Below are positions 52,401 through 63,732 of a stretch of DNA of 64,000 bases, in pieces (position 1 is the first letter of the stretch; every line of letters begins with the position of its first letter). Under the pieces are notes generated by a model. That model did not search any database. It saw only the letters and a list, made by a program, of their open reading frames with translations, and was not told the origin of the DNA. Made by a program: the position numbers and the translations under genes. Source of the stretch: Eutreptiella sp. 'Long Island Sound 2002' (taxonomy: Eukaryota > Protista > Euglenida); the NCBI GenBank assembly GCA_964036045.1, contig OZ038379.1, positions 19,592,001-19,656,000 of the forward strand, given 5' to 3'.

Positions 52401-53972
52401 CGCCCGTCCTAGCCTTGTGTTGGCGCCGCTAGTACAGCGGGTGCCGGCGGAGCATCCCCACATCCCCGTGTGCGCCCGGCCGCCCGCGGCTAGGCCATTG
52501 CCGGCAAGGGTGCTCCAGGCCCCTGCCTGGTGGTCCGTGGTCGGGGGCACCGCCAGCGCACGGAGGTGGGTCGGAGGGCCACTAGTAGCCGTTGGGGGCA
52601 CGGCATCTCCACGAGCGGGGCCTTGTGCTGGCTCCGGGGCGGCTTGCTCGTGTCGTGGGGCTGCTTCCGGCACAGGTCGACGGGTGGTGTGCAATGATGC
52701 TCTGGATGTCATCCTCGGTAAGCGGGGATGGTCCAGCTGTCAGGGACGGGGCCTAAGTTACCCCAGCCTCTGGGCGCTATCCAAGGGGGGCACCATTGTG
52801 GCCGCAAACCGTTACAAAGTGCACAGGTGAGTGGTGGACGCAATGGACAACCGCCGGCAGCTACCCAGGCCGGGGGGCGATAGTCCCCGAGGCTACACTC
52901 ACCACAGCACACGCGGCCACCGCCTAGCGGTGGGTCAGGAACGTGAGGTAGCCGTGCACCTCACCCGCAGAGTGGGCCTCTGCCACGCCCACCACTCCCT
53001 CTAGCCACAAGAAGCGGTCAGCAATGTGCTGACGTGTCCAACCCGCAGGGAGCCGTTGCACATGGAGGACGGTATGCGCCTCCGCTTGTGGCCTCCCTGG
53101 GGTATCGTTGCACTTTGTGGCGCCCCCCACATAGGCCTTACGGGGAGTGTGTGCCTATGTTCCCAACTGGGACTCCGGTCCATGCTAGTAGCGGGCCATT
53201 AGGCGTGGGCTTGTCTGGGTGCTGTCTCCCGGGCGAGCCCTCGTGGGCTTGCGGACCAGAACTCCCCGTTGCACCTACGCCCTGCTAGGCTGGGGCAGGC
53301 CGAGGGTTTTTCTGCCCACTGCGCCTGGTACATTTGCTCAGTGGGCGGGACTCCTCTGGCAGTTGGTAAGGTGGCTGGTGGTGCACGGTTGTACATGGCT
53401 CCCATCCGGCCGTCGCCGGGGGTTCCTGGGCATCAAAATGGAGGCGCCAGGCTGGGTCCAGGCTCGGGGAGCGGCGCCGCCGCTTACCAACCTCACATCG
53501 CCGGGGAGGGCTGTCGTGGCGTGGTTCGTGGTCAGGGGGGTCGTTGCGGCGGGCGCTGGCATGGTCATCGCTATGGAGGCGATGGCCATGGCCTTGGCTG
53601 CCATACCTCGCTGGCGGTGGGCTAGCATAGCGTGCCGGGCTGCAATGACGGTACCGGTCGCCCGCGCATTCCCGGTGGTCGGGTTCGTCACGCGCCCACA
53701 CTCGCTGATCCCGGTGACTGTCCCCAAGGGGGCAGGGATCTGCGGTGGTCACTCACCGGGCGTGCCGCAGCCGCCCCATCGGGTTGGGCGGCGGGACTCC
53801 CGCGGCTCTGCCACGGGCAGGGGTGCAGCCAGAGCGCCCTGGCTTCAGGGCTTTCTACCGCCGCGACGTGGTCGTGTTGAAGGGGTTGTTGGGACGGCTG
53901 CATGGCAGCCTAGGGCAGCATGGGGTGCTCCACTGCGGGGCAGCGGTCCAGACCGGCCAGTTGACCCCGCAG
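46433..53972 (-). mobile_element. Apparently full-length decayed LINE: ORF1 (RRM-like) + APE + RT + RNase H, in the last intron of the WD40/EF gene
   Basis: RRM-like TVLHVQRLPAGWTRQHIADRF..HGYLTF (~53100). APE motifs WLNIQG, HIMVLAESQ, STDANTRHG, SGIDELL (50100-50900). RT motifs GKARGPD, NLRGTTVSPHISKL, LGLPHGTIQG, IWVDA (48400-49100). RNase H-like VATDAN...GTSQEGEVMTLL (46700-46870). Many stops and frameshifts. Confidence 0.8.
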
Positions 53973-54300
53973 GTAGTGTAGTGTAGTGCAGTGCAGTGCA
54001 GCACAGCGCAGTGCAGCGCAGTGCAATGTAGTACAGTGGAGTGGAGTGGAGTGGAGTGGAGTGGAGTGGAGTGGAGTGGAGTGGAGTGGAGTGGAGTGGA
54101 GTGGAGTGGAGTGGAGTGGAGTGGAGTGGAGTGGAGTGGAGTGGAGTGTAGTGTAGTGTAGTGTAGTGTAGTGTAGTGTAGTGTAGTGTAGTGTAGTGTA
54201 GTGTAGTGTAGTGTAGTGTAGTGTAGTGTAGTGTAGTGTAGTGTAGTGTAGTGTAGTGTAGTGTGGTGTGGTGTGGTGCAACGTAGTGTGGTGTCGTGCA
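53973..54300. repeat. Compound pentamer satellite: GTGCA-type, (GTGGA)n, (GTGTA)n
   Basis: Read directly from the sequence; abuts the 5' end of the LINE. Confidence 0.97.
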
Positions 54301-54380
54301 GTGTTATGTCAAGGGGTACAGCAGACTGTACTACACTTGCAATGACATTGCGCATTTCGTGTCAGCAGAAGCAGAGATAC

Positions 54381-54565
54381 CCTCGATGCTGCAGCAGCTG
54401 CAATTCCACAGTGCCAATATCCCCACTGCGATTCTCATCAAACAAATTGAAACACTGCTTGAGGGTACGCTCTTTGTGCTGCAGGAAATAGATCTCCATG
54501 AACATTATCACTTCGGCTAATCCCACAGTCTCATCTCCATTCTCATCGAAGCGCTTGAACAGGAT
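54381..54565 (-). CDS. WD40 + EF-hand protein, EF-hand exon
   Basis: CACCTCAG|ATC acceptor and GG|GTATC donor. ILFKRFDENGDETVGLAE...LKQCFNLFDENRSGDIGTVEL contains two EF-hand loops. Phase 0 to 2 fits both neighbours. Confidence 0.9.
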
Positions 54566-57500
54566 CTGAGGTGAGTAGGAAAATGACAGGAGGAGGTAGC
54601 GGCATCAAACATGGTCCATAAATGTAAAACTTGTTTGGCAAAACAGATAAGAAGACAGCATACAAAATTCTGTGCAGAGGGAAAGAGATCATCCGGGTGC
54701 CCCAAATGCGTCGACACCTGCCCCAATTTGGGGCTCGTCAGCCTGCTTCAGCACACCAATGCTTCCTTCATGGATGGAAAAAATGCCATTTTGCAAGTCT
54801 TGCACGCCTCCTACAAACCCTCCCACACCTCAAGTTTCTCTGAAACTTGATAGTGGGAAAATATGTGGTCCGCCATCTACACAACCTGGCAACAGAAGTC
54901 AAACCTCTCCCCTCCATGTGCATCAGACTTCGCCATCGGTAAACCAGTGGACCAATGCATGTCTAACACATCTATACATTTCTCCGTGAACCTCTCCGTC
55001 ATGGCCATCAAGCAGGACAAGTAGGCACAGCTCATTTTGCATCGTTTCCCAACACAGCGGTACCCCACATAGTTGACAGCAACTGTGAGCTAGTGACTCG
55101 TTCGTTCTTAAATAAATTTGTTTTTTTTGGGGGGGGGGGTTAGCTGACTCAAAATTGCACAAGGCAGAGTACTCAAAACAGTTCTTGGGAAGTGGGCAGC
55201 GGACTCACATGATACTTTTGATGCCTAGCAAGACCGGGGCACAAAACACTGACCAATAGCTCACATGGTGCACATCATGGTGCTCTCTCCTTTGGTAGGC
55301 GGCTGCCGTGCCAAAGGCTGCCAAATCAGTAAAAACAAAAGCTAATATCAGCGTTGGTGCTTCCCCAGATGAAGTGCATAGAGGTAGTGATTATGCAACT
55401 TACTCGTTGTCAATAAGACTGCAACGTGCACCTTCTACACTCATGAGAAACTCCGTCCTCTTCTGCTGTTTGTGCGCACCAAAAGTGCAATGGTGGTACA
55501 CAGTCATCAGTCATCAGGTTTCTAGGTTAGGACTCCAAAGGCACCAACAATTTTGAATTTGTCAGAGGTGAACTTTAATCCTTAGGAGCCTACACCTCCT
55601 CAATCCATCCACAATGGCTGTGGGAATGGGAAGAATTCAAAACCTCCACTGCACCAAACAGTATTGCCACCAAGCACCAAGCTTTCCTGCGAACATGCCA
55701 AGGTCCACGAAACCTGTGCACTCCTCAAGGAGTGCCACAAGGGCCTATTCACCAACAACCTTTGTGAGCATCCCCCCATTCTCTAGCCTAGTATTAGCCT
55801 CCATAAGCACCTCAATCCGCCTTCCATCCATCCAATCTTGTCTCTTCTTTGGAACAATACCCCCCCTCCCCTTTGTAAGTGGGCTAAGCGAAATGCCATT
55901 CAAAAAGTCCATATATACAGCATGGTACCGTGCCCTTTTGCATGTGACATGTGTGAAATCCATTAGAGCTTGTGGGTGTCCCATAAGCTTATCTTTTTTC
56001 AACTCTCAAATTGTCTAGCATATGCTCCTTGTTGCTTAATGAAAGCACTAATCCTGTTGTGCCTTGCATGAGGCACCTCGTTGCGCATTCGTGCAATAAT
56101 TTTGACCAAACGAAATCAGTGTCATGTGGTGTGAACTCCAAGTGGGTGGTAACCCACTATGCCAGTGTAGTTGGTGCTGAATTTTGTGCTATATAGTGAG
56201 ACATGACCTAAAGTCGACACAAAGTATTGCAAGGCCATTGGCAAGTCCGAGACTTCCATATTTGAAGTGTGATATTGCACGGGATCGTTAGAGCCGTTGA
56301 GTGCGCAATCCGCACCGGAACAAAGCGATGATGCAGCACCCACACTTCCGCAGTGGTCCGGTGCAAACATTGAGGTGATTGGTAGCCCTAATGATGATGA
56401 TGTTGTGCATGCCGCTCTGGCCCAAGTAGCAAATGTGGATGAGCATGCAGTAACCCGGTTTTTTAAGAGTAAGGGTTTGGAGTTGGAACTCTTGGACTCT
56501 TTGACTCTTGAACAACTTGGTGGCTGAGGCATGCAGCCTGCCCCATGGATGTGGCAGGAGCCCCAGGTGATGCTGCACAACAGAGTGTTTGTGGATGATG
56601 GTGATGCCCTTTTTGTTCACCATGGTGTGTTCTCGCGAAAACGGGCCAACAGCAAGCCCATCCGCGACTACCCCCCCATTGGGGTTGCTGAGGTTACCCG
56701 GTGGAAGGAGACTTTCTCCGCCATCAATGAAGGCCGTTGTGTCATGTGGATGTAGTTCTTATCCTTGCTCCGCATTCACCGTGTCACGGCACAGTTTTGC
56801 ACGTGTGCCATGTACTCCAGCCTTGGAATTTGTGACGGCATTTTGCTATGGCTCCTTGTTAAGGAGCCATAGCAAGGCTTTACGGTGCCTTTGTAGTACT
56901 CATGGAAGTATGTTGGTGTCCGACCCTTTAGGTACGGCCGTGTGAGGCGGACAGTCGCCTCCCGAGTTGAGCTGCAAGATGTGCGTGAGTTCAAGTCGCA
57001 AGCAAGCCCCTCCAAAAAAGGTGGCATTGTGATGGGGAGCCTCTTTCTCTTGCCGAAGACAAGAAGCGTGAGTTGGCCCGCGGGAATGCCTCGTGGTATT
57101 CAATGCGCTTGTACCGTCCACCATTTACGTGCGGTCAATGCAATAGGCTATATATTTGTGGTTTATCTACTGCGGTGGGTGCATTCAGGGGGTTTGAGGG
57201 TGGCTTGTGGCGTGAGACCCACTAATGAGCTGAACTCGCATGTGATTGCGTTGTCCATATTTGGAAAACACACTTATTTGGTGCTGGTGATCATTGGGCC
57301 GAGACCAGGGGTATGGGGGAGATCCCACGTTGTTTGCCTTGGAGCATCGCGACTCCACAGTGATGGGGATTCCCAGGCATCCCCGGTCATCAATTTTTTC
57401 TTTCCCCCCCCTATCTGGCTGGAATATTGAAATTGCAGACACACTCGCCGGTTGGAGGTGGAGGCAAATGCATAGGTATGGCCATAGCAACTTGAGGTGG

Positions 57501-58154
57501 TGGCGCCGGACAACAAAGTGCCAAGCTACAAGCACCTCTCCCCACACCACACATTCAACGCACAAGCTTAACCCCAAACCGGCATTGTTGCATTGCAATG
57601 GAGACACATGAGCCATAGCTCAGCCAAAAAAAGGATTTTGTTGTGTTACCAGGTGGCGGGTGGTGTGTCCTCACACTCACACCCAAAATTTGTCTTGTTC
57701 GAAAAATTGCCACCCATACCCCCCCCCCCTCAATCAACTTGGGGGTATGTCACAGGGGGTGGCCAATATAGGGATAGGGCAAAAATGCCAAGCCGGAGGT
57801 GTATTGTAACCCCCGAAATATCCAATGAGCATTGCAAACATGAATGTAATTTGATGTTTATAAGGTGTCTCATGATTCAATGCACTTTGATTGTTGGTCC
57901 CCCACATGCACTGCATGTGCCTGTGACTCTTTACCCATGAATGATGAGGAAGCTCATTCATCGGCTCAAGGGTAGAGATTCACAAACAGCCAAGCAATAG
58001 TACACTACATGCGTATTCCAAGGGTATCATCCGTACCCACCGGACTCATTGTGGCCAATATCTTCGTGCATACCTAGGTGCCATCCACGGAGCATCATTG
58101 TTGGAGGACACTTTTGCAAACACGAATAGCAAAAGGAAAAAACGGGGGGCACCG

Positions 58155-59310
58155 TCAGAAGTGGGCGGATTGGCTACATAACCCCTGCCATTTGGAAGGT
58201 CCCCAACGCTTCAAAGCGGGGGACGGAATCAGAAGTGGGCATAACCCCTGCCGTTTGGGGGGTCCCCAACGCCTTAGAGTGGGAGACAAAACCAGAAGTG
58301 GCCCACAAGTGGGCGAATTGGCTACATAACCCCTGCTGTTTTGGAGGTCCCCAACGCCTCAAAGCGGGGGACAAAGCCAAAAGTGGCCCACAAGTGGGCG
58401 GATTGGCTACATAACCCCTGATGTTTGGGAGGTCCCCAACGACTCAAAGCGGGGGACAAAACCAGAAGTGGCCCACAAGGGGGCGGATTGGCTACATAAC
58501 CCCTGATGTTTGGGAGGTCCCTGACACTTCAGAGCGGTGGACAAAACCGGAAGTGGCCCACAAGGGGGCGGATTGACTACATAACCCCTGATGTTTGGGA
58601 GGTCCCCAACGCCTCACCGCAGGGGACAAAACCAAAAGTGTCCCACAAGTGGGCGGATTGGCTACATAACCCCTGCCGTCTGGGTGGTCCCCAACGCCTC
58701 AAAGCGGGGGACAAAACCAAAAGTGTCCCACAAGTGGGCGGATTGGCTGCATAACCCTTGCCGTCTGGGGGGTCCCCAACGCCTCAAAGCGGGGGACAAA
58801 ACCAAAAGTGTCCCACAAGTGGGCGGATTGGCTGCATAACCCTTGCCGTCTGGGGGGTCCCCAACGCCTCAAAGCGGGGGACAAAACCAAAAGTGTCCCA
58901 CAAGTAGGTGAATTCGCTGCATAACCCCTGCCGTCTGGGGGGTCACCAACGCTTTAGAGCGGGGGGGGGGGGGGGGATCAAGTGGCCCACAAAAGGGTGG
59001 ATTGGCGACATAACCCCAACTATCCGGGAGGTCCCCAACACCTCAGAGCAAGGGACACACTCAGAAGTGGCGCACAAGGGGGCGATTGGCTACATAACCG
59101 GGTCACCAACGCTTCACAACGTGGGACAAAACCAGAATGGGCCAAAAGTGGGCGGATTGGCTACATAAACCCTGCCATCTGGGGGGTCCCCAACGCTTTA
59201 GAGCGGGGCACAAATTCAGAAGCGGCCCACAAGCGGGTGGATTGGCTGCATAATCCCTGCCGTCTGGAGGGTCCCCAACGCTTCAGAGCGGGGGACACAA
59301 TCAACAGTGG
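58155..59310. repeat. 85-bp tandem repeat, ~13 copies (same family as 11554-11966)
   Basis: GTGGGCGRATTGGCTAC recurs at 58310 and 58395. Shares CAAAA.CAGAAGTGGCCCACAAGTGGGC with the 11.6-kb array. Confidence 0.95.
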
Positions 59311-59859
59311 CAGTTAGAAGTGGAAAAAACTTTTTTTTTTGTAATTTTTTGCTTGGTAAAAGAATAAAAAAAATCGACTAAGTAAATTACTTAGTAGAAA
59401 AAACAAATTTTACCAAGTAAATTACTTAGTAAAAACCCACCTGCACAGGAAAAGCTTAGTAACTAAATGTTTTTTTACTAAGATTTGAAACTTAGCAAAA
59501 AAAATTTTACTAAGTGTTACCACAGACCCAGTCGACCAATGTGTAACCGGATGCTGAAATTGGGGGCTGGGGGGGACACAAGCAGAATTGCGCTACAACC
59601 AGAATGCAGAATGGGGTGTACATTCGTCATGCGAGCTTCCGTGTTTGTTTGCTTTGTCACAGTGCAATTACTGACGACGCCTTGTTGGATTCACTGGGTC
59701 AGCTTGATAACCGCCAAAATGGTGCATATAGCTCTGAATCCTATGGCACGGCAGGCAAAGGGTGCAACACAGCCTTGTTGAATGCATTTCGGGAATAGGA
59801 GGCTTGCGCTATGGCAACAATGCTGCGGGGTCAGGAGCAGATGCAGGACAAAACCATAC

Positions 59860-60138
59860 GTCTACGACAGGAGGATCTGTGCAATCCATGGCCTTGAGGG
59901 CCGAGCGCCACATCTGTGGAGTCATGACCTTGTGCCCGTGCTCATCCGTGGCCTTCGCATGCTTCTTGAACACGGCCTTGACGAGAGTCAGGCACGCCAA
60001 GCGTTCGTTGTTGTCGTCAAATTGCCCTCCGCCACCGGACAGCCCATGCTTCGCTCTTTCCCAGACGGGCCATACATACACAGACCGGTCCATCGATGCA
60101 ACAGTGACCTTGTCCTGGCCAGCACCGACTGAAATAGC
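59860..60138 (-). CDS. WD40 + EF-hand protein, internal exon
   Basis: GTTCCAG|GCT acceptor and GAC|GTATGG donor, 279 nt, phase 0/0. Splicing completes a WD repeat: GLSDGVK|AISVGAGQDKVTVASMDRSVYVW. Confidence 0.88.
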
Positions 60139-60484
60139 CTGGAACCAGTGAGGGAGGTGAGCCGTACTGCCTGAACTGGCAGTGCGTGTTTGCCGATTTG
60201 GCTGCTCTGTTGAAATCGGGCCAGGGTCCAAAAAACGTCGTGGATGGTTGACGAGGGTGAAAATGATGGTGAGGGGGGGTGAGAATGGTTCAGTGAGAGA
60301 ACATCAAACAATGATTGGGCTTCGAATGTTTGGTTGTTGTGCATCATCTCAACCAAGTCAAACATCACTCATCCCATCATAACCCACAAATCATGTGCAC
60401 GAAATCCTTGGCCAAGGCGAAGAATTGGACCAATAGACTTTGGATGGCAACAGCTGCCATATGCACGATTGGCGTGGCAAAGAA

Positions 60485-60553
<69 letters not shown>

Positions 60554-60674
60554 CAAAAGACTCCCAACACAAACACCCCGGGTGCAAACAGGGCAATGCA
60601 CTGGACAGTCAAGAACAGCTCGTCAGGCCGACATGGAGTGTGTGAAACAGGCCATGCGGCTAAGCACCTTTCGG

Positions 60675-60699
60675 GAAAAAAAAATAGACACTCAGAAAT
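60675..60699 (-). other. Genomic copy of the euglenid spliced-leader exon (relic)
   Basis: Minus strand ATTTCTGAGTGTCTATTTTTTTTTC versus Euglena SL ACTTTCTGAGTGTCTATTTTTTTTCG. Not followed by a GT donor. Confidence 0.8.
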
Positions 60700-62831
60700 G
60701 GACACACACACACACACATGTACACATACACACACACACACACACATGCAAACACACACTCTTGCAGAATACCATCAGCATATGCAGCACAATACAAACA
60801 GTGGGTATACACTTGGAGTAATTGCCTGAGCAATGTACAGGTCATGCAGCGCAGACTGCAGCACAAATTAGGACCAGACACCAACACACGCAAAATGCCA
60901 AAATTTCTCAGAATTTGGCCAGGCTTGCCAGATCAAGTTTCGCACACTGATGATATCAAGCAGACGAGGTTTGTCTGATGCCAGCACTTCTGCTTCTACA
61001 ACCAACTAGTTGATTACTCCTTGACCGAATCCAGGGCACTGTTGTTGAACTATTTTTTTTTTAGCTTTTTCGGTTTCTTTACACTTGCCTTCAGTCAGAG
61101 TTCGGGCTCTCTTGCACAGATGAATTTGAGCCACTTTGACAAAAAACAAGTAAACTTGAAATTGTGTGAGACATCATCTTGCAGCATCTGCAGCAAGCAT
61201 GTCATAGCCCGCAATGAGACATGGAATTGCTTATGGTGCAGCAGGGGCTTGTGAGGAGGCAGAAATTCCCCTGAACATGCATTTACTCGCGAACAGCGAT
61301 TTTGCCTGGGCTAACACATACAAGATCGGGGCTGCGGTAGAGCTGCATACATTGCACTGCTCTCCTAATGGAAAGATACACACCCGCGAGCGCAAACACT
61401 TACGCACTGTATGGCGAAAATATCTCATCATCGCCATGGCCCATTCAAATTTCACCTTGCAAGGGGAGGGGGGGATGTTCAGGTGGGCAAATTTTAGCAC
61501 CCAAAATTTTGGTGCCTTGTAAACAGTTGTGGGAAATTTCGGCCCACCCTCAGCAGGCTTTGTTGCCCACCGGGACACTCATCACCCCATTTTCCATGAT
61601 TTTAAGCCGGCATGCACGAACTGCAAGGCTGCCTCCTCTTTTTCCAGCAAAGACCAGTTGTGCCAAAGTCTTTTGCCTGTGCCTTTGCTTTCGGGGGCAA
61701 CAGATTTCCAATGGTCACCAAGAATAGCAACATGTTGTGTGGGTTTGCCAACACGTGTCACAAACCGATCCATGGAACTGCAATACGACAACACACTGTG
61801 CACACACCATAGTCCTGCCAATACATCCTCACATGCAATACACGGGCACCAGTACCTCCCCACAGGAAAAACATTGTTAGGCGCCGACCAAGGGAGCAAG
61901 AAATGGCCCAGATTGCGCAAAAAAAAATTGGGGGAAATTTCGCACTAATCAAAAAACGAAATTTTCCTCACAAAAATTTCCCCTGCCAACCCCCCCCCCC
62001 CCTGTGACGTTCCGTCTGGTTGTTGTTTCATTACGGGGCCCTGGACAGTCACCCGTTCTTACCTTCACATGTTGCGTCGGGCAGCGGCTGACAAAAAGCA
62101 GCTCTTGCTGGTGTCGTTTCCGCGTTCGCGGAGCCCAATGGTTGCCCCCCCCCCCCCCCCTTGTATGCCTGAATCCCATCCTGGAACCCTCAATTGCCTC
62201 CTCATAATCTTTCTGTCAGAAGGTTCGACTTGTGGGGCGGCTGAAATGCCATGCCGTCGCGTCACAACTTCATTGCATGTGTAACCTACCGCGGTGTGTT
62301 GAGGTGATGAGCATGCAAGAGCGCCACCAGAGTAAGTCACTCGCTTCTGCAAGCTGAGCGGGCCACCCCTTCAAGAAACGACTCCTTGATGCTGAATGCG
62401 CGAAACGGGCGGGGGCTTTCGCACAAGGCCTCGGTATGAGGTTGTTTGCCTTTGGCGGTGCCTATTGGGGGGGCGTGGCATACATTTTGGTGCACTCGCC
62501 ACACTATGCACTCCTGCCAAAAGGCACCTTGCAAGGAGACTGTTGCCAGGGGGGGGGGGGGGTACATTACATCGTATCATATGCAACACCACGACAGCCG
62601 CCACCCTCGATGACCCCGGGTCCCAGGAGATTGACACTTGCTGGGCCCCAACCATACAAACCGATCAATCCCAAATGCTGTGCAGCCCTGCATGGATCCA
62701 AAAATAAGACCAAATCACTGAACTGAATACAATTGAACACACTGAACTGAATACAATTGTTTGGTTGTTGATGTTGGAAGTATTGACATGGAGACAATGA
62801 GTTTTACAAACCTTTCCATTTCACACACACG

Positions 62832-62873
<42 letters not shown>

Positions 62874-63104
62874 TGCATGCACGCACGCCTGTTTGTGCAG
62901 ATGGCAAACTTGGAAGAGAAAAGGATCAATGGTACTTCTGCGCTTTTTTGAAGGTTATCGGCCATCAGTCCATGCCCTTGTGGACATGTGGCACGCAAGG
63001 GCACAAAGGTGCGCTTTGTGCCCGCATGTGGGCATGCACTCAAGATTACTGCACTGATCCTGTGGCCGCGAAGGACCCGATCTTCTGTGGTCCCCGGATC
63101 AATT

Positions 63105-63286
63105 CGTATCCTATCGTATCCTATCGTATCCTATCGTATCCTATCGTATCCTATCGTATCCTATCGTATCCTATCGTATCCTATCGTATCCTATCGTATC
63201 CTATCGTATCCTATCGCATCCTATCGTATCCTATCGTATCCTATCGTATCCTATCGTATCCTATCGTATCCTATCGTATCCTATCG
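63105..63286. repeat. (CGTATCCTAT)n decamer (two alternating pentamers), ~18 copies
   Basis: Read directly from the sequence. Confidence 0.97.
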
Positions 63287-63732
63287 GTATCGTGTCGCAT
63301 CACATCGTCCCCGGGTCGTACCACAGCGTGCACGGAATCGTATCTCCGTTCGTGGTCTTCATCCTCTCCAGTCCACGAACAACAGGGATTCGGGCGTTGT
63401 TGAACGGAAAAAAAACCCCTCCCGGCCTCCAGTACCTTGATACAGATGAGTGGCAGTCCGCTAACTGCCAAACGCTGTGAGTCGACCACCAACCGACGTC
63501 AATGGACAACCAACTGCCATTGGCTGAGCGCCACCTGCCCATACTTAGCGAATCGTGAACTGCAGTCCGCCAACCGTCAACCATCGTGGGTTGCCCGACG
63601 CCCGACGGGGTTGCTCCCAAGCAAATGAAGGAGTCTAAAACCACAAAAAAGGCCGGCGAAAACTTGGACGCCCGGCCAGGGACAGGAGCGGGACACGGAT
63701 CTCCTGAGAAGGGAGGGGCAGTGGGGCTGTAC

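Noticed and set aside
19445-63732. Euglenid non-conventional introns
   Set aside because: Every intron needed for the gene models has GT-AG ends in the correct phase.
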